A stretch of DNA of 42,137 bases from Dehalococcoidia bacterium (GTDB lineage: Bacteria; Chloroflexota; Dehalococcoidia; DSTF01; JACRBR01): contig JBGQBE010000026.1 of assembly GCA_041494685.1 (NCBI GenBank), forward strand, positions 1-42,137, read 5' to 3'. Of the stretch, positions 8,364 through 16,788 are shown in pieces. Below the pieces are notes generated by a model that worked only from the letters and a program-made list of their open reading frames with translations, did not search any database and was not told where the DNA came from. Positions within the stretch are counted from its first letter, which is position 1. Each line of letters begins with the position of its first letter. A program made the translations under genes and the position numbers.

Positions 8364-8927
8364 GTGCACAAGATGATTATCGCAGGAATTGTGGTTGGTG
8401 CGACTCTGATGGCGTGCGCGCGGTCTTCCAGCTCGCCGCACTCGTCGGAGGTGGCACCGGCTGGATCACCATCGCCACTGACCCCAGCGGCAGCACAGAC
8501 CGCGACTGGTCGGCTGGGCAACTTTGGCGTCTACAATTCGATTGATGCGGCTGAGGCCGCGGCAGGATTCCATATCCCGCGGCCGCCCGCCGATAAGTAT
8601 GCCTTGGCCTTCGGAGAGACACACATCCGGGGAGGCCTTGGACGTCCCTTCAGCACGACGAACTACAAGTATGGCCCTGGGGATTCGGACGCGATTCGCG
8701 TAGATGTCGCACCTATCTCTGACTGGTCGCCCGGTGCGCTTCAACGGGGCAAGCGTGAGACGATTGGCGGAAGAGACGGATGGATGATCACAGATGACAG
8801 CGTCGGTTGGGAATTTGCGTTTCATTGCAGCGATACCGATGATGGCATTGAAGTCTGGTGCCAGACGACGGCGCCCCGCAGCCTCGGGTTGCAGGGACTG
8901 AACGACTTCGTAGGGGCCCTATCGTAG
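8364..8927 (+). CDS. Lipoprotein, candidate immunity protein for CT4
   Basis: GTG 8364 or ATG 8373 start just after the rhs stop. Hydrophobic signal with LMA-C lipobox and Ser/Pro-rich linker. Unrelated to the two earlier lipoproteins. Confidence 0.75.
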   Translation: MHKMIIAGIVVGATLMACARSSSSPHSSEVAPAGSPSPLTPAAAQTATGRLGNFGVYNSIDAAEAAAGFHIPRPPADKYALAFGETHIRGGLGRPFSTTNYKYGPGDSDAIRVDVAPISDWSPGALQRGKRETIGGRDGWMITDDSVGWEFAFHCSDTDDGIEVWCQTTAPRSLGLQGLNDFVGALS

Positions 8928-9063
8928 ATCGGGGTCGCTGGCTGTTCCGGTACGATTGGAACGCAATGGGTCAGCGTCACGTGCAACAGCAGCGGCGTTG
9001 CCGTCGAGCTGCGTTCCAAGCACGATGCAATCATGGTGACGCCTTCGAGGAGGGGGCGTCGCC

Positions 9064-9994
9064 ATGCAAGCCACGATCACCACGTTCGACAACACCGCCG
9101 AGGGCTGGGAACGCAGCCTCTACGCGTTCCTCGCCGAGAAGGAGCGCCGCTCCGGCAGCCGGCGCACCGTCGAGGGCTACAGCCGCATGCTGCAGCACTT
9201 CTTCGCCAGCGTCGGCAAGCCGCCCGATCGCGTCACCAGCCCGGAGGTCTTCGCCTGGGGGTACGGCGTCGGCCTCTCCGGCAAGCAGCCGTCGTCCGTC
9301 ACCATCGGCGCACGGCTCGCCTGCCTGAGCAGCTTCTACCGCTTCCTGATCCGCATGGACGTCGTCTCGTCCAACCCCTGCGACGCGCTCGAACGCCCGC
9401 GCGTCCAGGTCGCACCGCCCCGCGGCCTCAGCGCCGACGACATCCGCAAGCTGCTCGCCGTCATCCCGGAGACGCCCGTGGGTCTGCGGGACCGCGCGAT
9501 CATTCTCACGCTGACGCTCACCGGCCGGCGCCGCGCCGAGGTACTGAACATGACGGCAGGCGACCTCTCGCAGGAGGACGACCGCGTCTGGTACCGCTGC
9601 CGGGGTAAGGGCAACAAGCAAGGGAAGCGGGAGCTGCCACACCCCGCGTACGAGGCGCTCACGGCGGCCCTGTCGGCCTTCGGGCGGGACATCGCGGCCA
9701 TGGCCCCCGGATGCGTCGTTGTGGCCGTCCAGCGCGCGCGACAGGGGCGTCACGTCGGGGACCTTCTACGGGAACCTGCGGCGCTACCTCAAGGCAGCGA
9801 ACCTGCCGCTCGCCGGCGTGCACATCTTCCGCCACTCGGCCGCCAAGCTGCGGCGCGACGCCGGCGAGAGCATCGAGAACGTATCTCGCTTCCTCGACCA
9901 CTCGTCGCTGCAGGTGACGTCGATCTACCTCAGGCGGTTGGAGGGTGAGGCTGACGGGAGCTGGGGGAAGGTGGCCGCGGCGATCGGCGTTTGA
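9064..9994 (+). pseudogene. Tyrosine recombinase/integrase with a frameshift (one extra base) at the C5 run, 9704-9708
   Basis: Strong RBS (GAGGAGGG). The first frame has LRDRAII..TGRRRAE and RGKG. HIFRH, LDHSS and TSIY are in the frame of 9719..9994. Deleting one C gives continuous MAPDASLWPSS. Confidence 0.85.
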
Positions 9995-10961
9995 GCTTGC
10001 GGATCTCTTCGCCGTCGCGGTAACGCCTGATCGCGTTGAGGCGGCTCACGCGAAAGCTCTCGACGTTCTTGAATCTCCAGAGTGGATGCACGTCGTTCCA
10101 CAGCTCATACAGGTCATCGAGCGTTAGTTTCTCGACGCGTCCCCAAGTCCAGTAGCTCGCATCGAAACGGGCCAGCCGTGCGCCTCTCGATGTAAAGAGG
10201 AAACCCCGAATAGCTCGGCGATATGCTGCGCGAACGTCTTCCGGGGTCGCGACCTCCGGATTGATGTGCATTTCCACGTGATCGGGCCCGCCGAAGTTCT
10301 TCCTTGTGACCTGGACGCTGAATGCCGACTGCTTCGGCGCAACACCGGCGAGAATCCAGCGCGCTGCATCCTCCATCGAACAGCCAGAGTGCTCCACAAG
10401 ACGCTTGCTTGCTGACTCCAACTCTTCAAACACGGACTTCCGCACAATCGCTTGGAACTCGTCGTCGGTCCAACGGAGGTTCGAGAATCGGCTGCGAAGT
10501 CGCAGTCTTCCGAGAACCTCAGCCAACTCAGCCGATGGAACAGGTGCAGACCGTGAAATGAACTGCGCGAGAGGCAATTGCTCCTTCCTCCACCACTCTA
10601 CGAATTCGTCGGCCAATCCCGCGTTCCCGGGAAAGGGGACGTTGTCGAATCCGAGCGACCACCGGGCGTTCTGTGTATTGAGCCACTCTCGCGCTAGGGC
10701 GGCATCGATCCAGGCCCGCCCGCGCTGAATGAGCTCGTCGGGGAGATCGAATCCGAGGCCTACCAGCGGCGCATCTCGCTCGATGGGTCCGCGCCACGAG
10801 CCAAAGTAGGCTCGACTACAGTCGGCGAGCTCGTTTTTCGTTTGGGGAATGTGAGCGAGTGAACGAGTGTAGCGCTCGAACTCCGCCAACAGCTTCGATA
10901 GGGCATCTTCTTGTAACATCACCGGCCCTAATCTTACAGACCGCACGGCGTACGGTTCCAT
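9930..10961 (-). CDS. Hypothetical element-associated protein; start uncertain (10919, 10961 or 11159)
   Basis: Long ORF with protein-like composition in lower-GC DNA. Convergent with, and overlapping, the recombinase 3' end. Confidence 0.6.
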   Translation of the reverse strand: MEPYAVRSVRLGPVMLQEDALSKLLAEFERYTRSLAHIPQTKNELADCSRAYFGSWRGPIERDAPLVGLGFDLPDELIQRGRAWIDAALAREWLNTQNARWSLGFDNVPFPGNAGLADEFVEWWRKEQLPLAQFISRSAPVPSAELAEVLGRLRLRSRFSNLRWTDDEFQAIVRKSVFEELESASKRLVEHSGCSMEDAARWILAGVAPKQSAFSVQVTRKNFGGPDHVEMHINPEVATPEDVRAAYRRAIRGFLFTSRGARLARFDASYWTWGRVEKLTLDDLYELWNDVHPLWRFKNVESFRVSRLNAIRRYRDGEEIRKLKRRSPRPPSPSSRQPHPPTA

Positions 10962-11254
10962 CGTGGCTGCAAAGGAACCGATCCCCGCCGGCTGCGGCGT
11001 GTTCCACCGAGAGCCGTCGGCGAGCAGATTGGGTGGGAGTCTGCTGATGTATCCCCACGTGCGTATACAGACGCCCGTTGACGAGCGGAGGCCGGATGGG
11101 CGACAATCAATGAAATACGACGCATCCGCAAGGCGACTGCCGGCGGTGCCGTCGTACATAGATCCACCGTCCGGACATTGAGGCGGCCACTCCCGAGGGG
11201 GCAGTGGCCGCCTCTTTCGATTTCTTGGCTTGAGCAGGAGCGGCGTCGGCGACG

Positions 11255-11893
11255 ATGACGGCGAACAAGGGAGCAGTAGCGGCGGGGAGAGCCACCATTT
11301 CGGTGGACCGTCCCCTGGTCCCTTTCTTTCAGGCGCTCGCGGCCCTGCTGGTGGTTGATGAGCAAGGAGCTGTAACGCTGGCACGACAAATGCGCGCTCC
11401 GAGCGACGCGGTCTTCAGGCTCCGAGGGGGGGTCTGGGATCTCCGCCTCGCTGATTCCGAATGTTTGCTCCCGGATCGGAAAGGTCTCCGCTACATCCAC
11501 CAGTTACTGCGGTCGCCAGGACAAGCGGTCGCCGCACTTCGACTCGCCGCCGGTGAGGAGGCGTTCGAGCGACTGCGGGCACAACGACGACAGCCGCTTC
11601 TGGATCATCAAGGGCGACGCGAACTCAACGCGGCTATCTCGGCCGCTTCTGATAGTGGGCCGTCTCAAGTCGGCCAGTACGTCAGGTCCGCTACCGGCCG
11701 CGGAGGCCGTACCAGGACATTCGCCACGGAAGCGGAGAGGGCTCGAGGCGCCGTCCTCAAGGCGATTACCAGCGCTATCGCCGCGATCGATCGGCACTGC
11801 CCGGAGATCGCCCATCACCTACGCGCTTCGATAGACACCGGCAACTTCTGCGTCTATCGGCCCATCGTGTTTGTCGAGTGGGAACTTCGATGA
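11255..11893 (+). CDS. Putative DNA-binding regulator, winged-helix-like; resembles the C-terminal domain of actinobacterial ATPase regulators
   Basis: VFRLRGGVW...KGLRYIHQLLRSPGQ...ERARGAVLKAI..AI..I...HL..SIDTG.FCVY pattern. Start uncertain (11255 or 11390). Confidence 0.65.
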   Translation: MTANKGAVAAGRATISVDRPLVPFFQALAALLVVDEQGAVTLARQMRAPSDAVFRLRGGVWDLRLADSECLLPDRKGLRYIHQLLRSPGQAVAALRLAAGEEAFERLRAQRRQPLLDHQGRRELNAAISAASDSGPSQVGQYVRSATGRGGRTRTFATEAERARGAVLKAITSAIAAIDRHCPEIAHHLRASIDTGNFCVYRPIVFVEWELR

Positions 11894-11915
11894 AGAAGAG
11901 AGTTTTGCGCGGTGT

Positions 11916-11953
11916 GTGACGCGAGACGTCACGAATGTGACGCGGAACGTCAC
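11916..11953. promoter_or_regulatory. Tandem palindromic operator, 2 x GTGACG-N5-CGTCAC, 21-bp period
   Basis: GTGACG-CGAGA-CGTCAC (11916-11932) and GTGACG-CGGAA-CGTCAC (11937-11953), between the regulator and the small ORF/serine recombinase. Confidence 0.65.
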
Positions 11954-11986
11954 GCCGTAAAGGTTGAAGTCTGCGAAGGAATGGGC

Positions 11987-12271
11987 GTGACCGACCTCGT
12001 AGCTAACGGCCCCACCGGGCGTCAGCCACCCTCGACCAGTGCCGAAGTCACGCCCGGCCTCGTCGAGGGTTTTCGCGTGAGGGCCGAACCAACTTGCTAC
12101 GACGGCCGCGGAGAGCGTCTATGTGCACGTGACGAGCCGGACGGCGCCAGCGAGCGCGCGTTCCGGCCGGAGCAGGAGGCGCTCTTCGTGCTACTCGCGT
12201 CCGTCTCTCGCCGGATCGCCGGCCGAATCAGTGCGCGCCGACCGCTGATGCCGCTGCGGGTGGTCAAGTGA
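11987..12271 (+). CDS. Small hypothetical protein coupled to the serine recombinase
   Basis: AAGGA 6 nt upstream of GTG 11987. Its stop overlaps the recombinase start (GTGA, 12268-12271). Amphipathic C-terminal helix (EQEALFVLLASVSRRIAGRI). Confidence 0.45.
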   Translation: MTDLVANGPTGRQPPSTSAEVTPGLVEGFRVRAEPTCYDGRGERLCARDEPDGASERAFRPEQEALFVLLASVSRRIAGRISARRPLMPLRVVK

Positions 12272-13791
12272 AGCGATGCAAGCCGTATCGCATCATCCGG
12301 CGCGTGGCCATCTATTTGCGCGTCTCGAGCGACGAGCAACTCCTCGGACACTCGATGGACTCCCAGACCAAAGCGTTGCTTGCTTGGGCGAAGATGGAGG
12401 GTTGGGAGGTCGTCGAGATCTACGCCGATGCAGGTGTCAGTGGAACGAGCGTCGAACGGCGGCCCGAGTTTCGTCGGATGATGGCCGACGCGCAGGCCGG
12501 GAAGTTCGACGCGATTCTTGTGCTCAAGATCGACCGCTTTGCCCGCTCCCTCCGCGACTCGACGATCTACGGCGAACTCCTGCGGGATTGCGGCGTGCGC
12601 CTGTTGTCGAGGACAGAGCCGAACGCCGGCGACGACACGCCAGCCGCATTCCTCATGAACGGCCAGGCCGACCTCTACGCAGCCTACTATTCGATCCAGC
12701 TCTCGGACAACGTGGCGCGCGGAAAGGCGACGCGCGCGGCGAAGGGACTGCCGCTCGGCGACCTGCCGTTCGGGTACGTGAGCGCCGGACCTCAGGAGCC
12801 GCCGACCATCGTCTCAGACGAAGCGGAGCAGATTCGGCGCTGTTTCCGGGGGTACGCCGCGGGCAATCGCTCGATGGCCGAGCTGGCCCAATCCCTGAAC
12901 GCGGCGGGGTTCCGCCCACGGTCGAAGCGCGGGAGGGCGGTCTTCTCGAAGGCCACGCTCAGCGGAATGTTGTCGAACCCGACGTACGTCGGCGACGTGA
13001 CGCGCCACGGGCAATTCATCACAAGCGGTCACTACGAGCCGATCATCGGTCGCGAGCTATGGGACGCCGTCCAACGAGCCCGACGCGAACGCGCCAGCAA
13101 GCCGCAGATGCACGCCCGACGATCGAAGCGGGCATACCTGCTGTCAGGAGTAGGGTGCTGCGTGACCTGCGGCTCTCCGTTGTGGGCGAACACCATCAAT
13201 GGAGGCAAGCACAACTACTATCGCTGCGCATCGCGCCAGCGCGGTGACGAATGCGCGGATGGCCGAGTTGGCCACCGAGCCGATCCGGTTGAAGCCCACG
13301 TTCACGAGGTCTTCTCGGAGTTGGCCATGCCGCCCGCGTGGCGCGAGCGCGTCGCCGAGCTCGCCCAACATGACGACAAGGGACGCGACGTAGAGGCGGA
13401 GCGCCGCCGATTGACCGGGAAGATCGGTCGCATCAGGCAGGGCCTGGTCGATGGCGTACTCGAGAACGACGAGGCCAAGGAGGCGATGAACGAAGCCGAA
13501 GCGGCCCTCGCGGTGCTTGCGTCAGCAGGGTGTGAACCGGCACGGGCGGGAGAGGTGCTCACGGACGTGCGCGAGCTGTGGCCTCACATGAGCGACGCAG
13601 AGCGGCGCGATCTAGTGCAACTGGTGCTGGCGAAAGTCGTGGTTGATCTGCGGACAGGCGAGATGCGGGCGATGACGCCGAAGCCCGCCTTTTCGACGTT
13701 GTTCGCGGTCTTGGGTGAGTACGAGGGCGGGCTGATTCGGGTTTGTGACTGGCGACCCCGAAGGGATTCGAACCCTCGATCTCCACCGTGA
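12268..13791 (+). CDS. Large serine recombinase (resolvase, recombinase and Zn-ribbon domains)
   Basis: YLRVSS catalytic Ser, DAGVSGT..ERRPEF, KIDRFARS, PFGY, LSNPTYVG, CVTCG...YYRC...C zinc ribbon, coiled-coil C-terminus. Confidence 0.95.
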   Translation: MKRCKPYRIIRRVAIYLRVSSDEQLLGHSMDSQTKALLAWAKMEGWEVVEIYADAGVSGTSVERRPEFRRMMADAQAGKFDAILVLKIDRFARSLRDSTIYGELLRDCGVRLLSRTEPNAGDDTPAAFLMNGQADLYAAYYSIQLSDNVARGKATRAAKGLPLGDLPFGYVSAGPQEPPTIVSDEAEQIRRCFRGYAAGNRSMAELAQSLNAAGFRPRSKRGRAVFSKATLSGMLSNPTYVGDVTRHGQFITSGHYEPIIGRELWDAVQRARRERASKPQMHARRSKRAYLLSGVGCCVTCGSPLWANTINGGKHNYYRCASRQRGDECADGRVGHRADPVEAHVHEVFSELAMPPAWRERVAELAQHDDKGRDVEAERRRLTGKIGRIRQGLVDGVLENDEAKEAMNEAEAALAVLASAGCEPARAGEVLTDVRELWPHMSDAERRDLVQLVLAKVVVDLRTGEMRAMTPKPAFSTLFAVLGEYEGGLIRVCDWRPRRDSNPRSPP

Positions 13792-13826
13792 CAGGGTGGC
13801 ATGTTAGACCGCTACACCACGGGGCC
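13750..13826 (-). tRNA. tRNA-Asp(GTC)
   Basis: Reverse complement is GGCCCCG TGGTGTAGCGGTCTAACATG CCACC CTGTCAC GGTGG AGATC GAGGG TTCGAAT CCCTT CGGGGTC G CCA: full cloverleaf, GTC anticodon, encoded CCA. Confidence 0.97.
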
Positions 13827-13881
13827 GCGCTTGCATGTCAACGCCCGAAGCACGCCGGACGGCGAGGTCTTCGGGCGGTTC

Positions 13882-13910
13882 ATTCTATTGACCGGGCCCG
13901 AGGGTGTCAA
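13882..13910 (-). promoter_or_regulatory. Sigma70-type promoter for tRNA-Asp
   Basis: TTGACA-N17-TAGAAT on the minus strand. A leader hairpin GCCCGAAG...CTTCGGGC follows. Confidence 0.75.
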
Positions 13911-15580
13911 TCCGGTCGCCCGGCCGGCGTCGCGTCCAGCCACTGCCCGTAGTTGTACTGCGCCATCGCCCCCGTCACCCCCGGCTGCCGTCCTTGCACG
14001 TACCGCCAGGCCGCCTGGTACGACGTGTTCGTGAACAGCGTCAGCAGTGGCCGCGCCTCCAGCATCTTCCGCTGTGCCTCCAGCAGGGTGTCGCGCCGCA
14101 CGGCGCGGTCCGCCTCGCCCCATGAGCGCTCCAGCAGCAGGTCGATCGTCGCATCCCCGAACCCGAACGGGCTCTCCGTGCCGTCGAGTCCGCGCGAGTG
14201 GTACAGCCGCGTCGGCAGGTCCGGCGTCTCGTACGGCTCGTGGCTGATCAGCGTCGCCGCGAAGTGGCCGCGGCGGAACCCCAGGAACCACGTCAATTGG
14301 TCGATCGCCTCCAACTCGATCGTCAGGCCGATCTCCCGCAACTGGTCGCGCACGACCGTCGCCACGTCCAGCAGCTGCGGCAGATTCGCGACCTGCAGCA
14401 GGATTGGCGCCGTAGCCGCGCCCGCCGCCTCGATCAACGCGCGCGCGTCCGCCCGCCGCTCGTCGAGCGGACGTGCGCTCTCGTGCGCGGCAGTCACCTC
14501 CGCCGGCGGCAGCGACCAGTAGCCGCCCGCCATGTGCGGGTTCACGGGCCCCAGCTCTTCGCCGTCGTTGAAGGCGATGTCGCGGATCATCGCGGCCCGG
14601 TCCAGGCCGATGTCGATGGCGCGACGCACCCGCTCGTCCGCGAACGGCGGCTGATCCACGCGGAGGCCGATCGAGAGCCACGCGAGCCCGCGCTCCGCAT
14701 CGGTCAGCAGGTCCTTCGATGCGTCCGCCAGCGCCCGCGCCTCGAAGCGGTCGTGCGCGGCCGCCGCATCGATCGCGTGCGACCGCAGCGCCGCTTCCTT
14801 CGCGTCGTCGTCGGCGAAGAGCACCCACTCCATCGCATCGAGGTAGGGCAGCGGCGCGCCGTAATAGCTATCGTTCCGCACGATGCGCGCCCCGTCCTCA
14901 CGCGACGCATGCTCCACGCGGAAGGGGCCGCTGCCGGCGCCGCCCGCGCTCAGGTCTGTCGCCAGCTGCTCCTTCGGGATGATCGCGCCGCCCGAGATAC
15001 CGCCCAGCTCCGCGAGCGACCACACGTACGGGATGCGCGTCGTTACCCGCACGGTCGCCGCGTCGGGCGTCTCCACGCGGTCGAGCATGGTGGTGTGCCA
15101 CGTCTTGGTGGCTACAAGCGGGTTGTCGCGGTAGCGCGCGATCGAGAGCGCGACGTCCTCCGACGTGACGGCGCGTCCGTTCACCGGTGCGATGTCCGGG
15201 AAACGGACGTCGGTCCGCAAGTGGAAGATGTACGTCGTGGCGTCCGGCTGCTCGATCTCGCGCACGTGGTCGCGCACGAGCGTGTCGCCGTCCGGGTCGA
15301 CGTGGTGGAGATAGCCGTAGACACGGGGGAAGATCGCCAACCCGGTGCCGGTCTCGATCTGCGGGTCGAGGCCGTAGGCGATCGGCAGCGTCGTGCCTGT
15401 GCGCAGCGTGCCACCGCGCCTGGGGGTGCGGGTCGGCGTCGCGTCGGCCGTGCGCTTCGAGCCGCCGCACGCGGCGGCCAGCGCCGCGGCGGATGCGCTG
15501 ACCGCGCCGACAGCGAGCAGCCGCCGGCGGGAGACGCGCACGGCGGCGAGGCGAGGCGTCGAGCGCCGGTCAGCGGCCAT
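13907..15580 (-). CDS. ABC transporter substrate-binding protein, family 5 (Opp/Dpp-like), Tat lipoprotein
   Basis: SRRRLL twin-arginine signal and AAA-C lipobox. RGGTLR, GSGPF, PYLD and PPFADERVRRAI motifs. Confidence 0.9.
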   Translation of the reverse strand: MAADRRSTPRLAAVRVSRRRLLAVGAVSASAAALAAACGGSKRTADATPTRTPRRGGTLRTGTTLPIAYGLDPQIETGTGLAIFPRVYGYLHHVDPDGDTLVRDHVREIEQPDATTYIFHLRTDVRFPDIAPVNGRAVTSEDVALSIARYRDNPLVATKTWHTTMLDRVETPDAATVRVTTRIPYVWSLAELGGISGGAIIPKEQLATDLSAGGAGSGPFRVEHASREDGARIVRNDSYYGAPLPYLDAMEWVLFADDDAKEAALRSHAIDAAAAHDRFEARALADASKDLLTDAERGLAWLSIGLRVDQPPFADERVRRAIDIGLDRAAMIRDIAFNDGEELGPVNPHMAGGYWSLPPAEVTAAHESARPLDERRADARALIEAAGAATAPILLQVANLPQLLDVATVVRDQLREIGLTIELEAIDQLTWFLGFRRGHFAATLISHEPYETPDLPTRLYHSRGLDGTESPFGFGDATIDLLLERSWGEADRAVRRDTLLEAQRKMLEARPLLTLFTNTSYQAAWRYVQGRQPGVTGAMAQYNYGQWLDATPAGRPD

Positions 15581-15678
15581 GCGCGTGCTGCGGGTGGTGT
15601 GGGTGTGGCACGTGGTATTCACGCGGATCGGGCGGGCGGTGTCAAGCGGCAGTGCGCATGCGAGGCCCGCTTCATCGC

Positions 15679-15708
15679 TTGACACTGCGCCGATGTCGTG
15701 CCTATGGT
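15679..15708 (+). promoter_or_regulatory. Possible sigma70 promoter for the Lrp-family gene
   Basis: TTGACA-N18-TATGGT. Confidence 0.4.
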
Positions 15709-15743
15709 TCGTTACGGAAAGCGCGAAGAGAAGGGGCGAAACA

Positions 15744-16247
15744 TTGCCGTTTCAGAAGCCTGACGCCGTAGATCAGCACATTCTCAGCATTCTGGAGGAC
15801 AATGGCCGCGCCACCAACCGCGAGATCGCCGAGGCCGTCGGCGTGTCCGAGGGCACCGTCCGCAACCGCATCGAGCGGCTGATCCGCGACGACGTCCTGC
15901 GCATAGTTGGCGTCACGAACCCCGCCAGGCTGGGCCTCAACACCGCCGCCGTCATCAGCATCTCGGGCGAGCTTTCCCGCATTACCGAGATCGCCGAGCG
16001 CATCGCCGCCGCGGATGGCGTGGTCTACGTCGGCTACACCACCGGCAACGCCGACATCATCGCGCTGGCCTTCTTTCCCAGCAACGACGACCTGACCGAC
16101 TTCATGACGCAGACCCTGGCTGCCATCCCCGGCATTCTCAAGGCGGAGACCAACATCATCCTCAAGCCGGTCCGCAGCCTCTTCCCCGGCGCGACGGTGA
16201 ATATCGTCGGCCGCCAGGCGAAGATCGTCGCGGCGTCCGGCGCCTGA
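15744..16247 (+). CDS. Lrp/AsnC family transcriptional regulator
   Basis: DAVDQHILSILEDNGRATNREIAEAVGVSEGTVRNRIERL HTH and C-terminal RAM domain (TTGNADII). TTG start after a purine-rich RBS. Confidence 0.92.
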   Translation: MPFQKPDAVDQHILSILEDNGRATNREIAEAVGVSEGTVRNRIERLIRDDVLRIVGVTNPARLGLNTAAVISISGELSRITEIAERIAAADGVVYVGYTTGNADIIALAFFPSNDDLTDFMTQTLAAIPGILKAETNIILKPVRSLFPGATVNIVGRQAKIVAASGA

Positions 16248-16362
16248 CCGTCACCCAGCGCGTATCGAAGCTGAACGGCGGGCCTCGGCCCGCCCTCTCC
16301 GCGTCCCCCGCTTGCCCGCCGGCGCGGCGTGGCGCATGATCGGCGCGAGCGGAGGAGGACAG

Positions 16363-16788
16363 ATGATCGACGAAGTCCGCGTCGAAGCGGCGAAGAAAGT
16401 CACGACGTACGCCCACGACGGCAGCGAGAACGGCTGGCTCGTGGAGCTGTACAAGGACGGGGACAAGACCACCGCCTACCTGACGGCCGCCGCGCCCGGC
16501 GCGTTCAAGGGCTACCACCTGCACCGGGTGCGGGCGGCCCGCTACGTCTGCGTGCGCGGGCGGATGAAGATCATCCTCTACGTGAGCGGCAAGCGGCAGG
16601 AGCACGTCCTGGACGCGGCCGAGCCGAAGCGGCTCTTCATCCCGCCGAACGTCGCGACCGGCCTGGAGAACATCGGCGACGAGGAGGCGTGGCTGGTCAA
16701 CTACCCCGACCCGGCCTACGACCCGTCACGTAAAGACGAGCAGGTCGAGTACACCGAAGCGGAGCTCGAAGCGGGAGTGGTGAAGTGA
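16363..16788 (+). CDS. Cupin, RmlC/WxcM-like sugar-nucleotide epimerase or isomerase
   Basis: GGAGGAGG RBS. KGYHLH...CVRG...LFIPPNVATG..N cupin pattern. Confidence 0.75.
   Translation: MIDEVRVEAAKKVTTYAHDGSENGWLVELYKDGDKTTAYLTAAAPGAFKGYHLHRVRAARYVCVRGRMKIILYVSGKRQEHVLDAAEPKRLFIPPNVATGLENIGDEEAWLVNYPDPAYDPSRKDEQVEYTEAELEAGVVK

Larger units (their letters stand above)
9064..13791. mobile_element. Integration module of a genomic island at the 3' end of tRNA-Asp; left boundary not found (may include the Rhs array and extend past base 1)
   Basis: Serine recombinase runs into the tRNA 3' end. Second recombinase present. Codon usage is atypical relative to genes right of the tRNA. Confidence 0.7.

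Noticed and set aside
8929..8938. TCGGGGTCGC matches the tRNA-Asp 3' end and lies right after the last Rhs partner gene (possible att remnant)
   Set aside because: Only 10 bp, GC-rich, and inverted relative to the tRNA; integration should leave a direct repeat. Plausibly chance.
8975..9041. CGTCAC and GTGACG half-sites upstream of the tyrosine recombinase
   Set aside because: Not arranged as the N5 palindrome, and these hexamers are common in this GC-rich sequence.
11916..11953. Tandem repeat as a mini-CRISPR
   Set aside because: Two 17-bp units with a 4-bp gap, no spacers and no cas genes; better explained as an operator. No CRISPR array was seen in the window.
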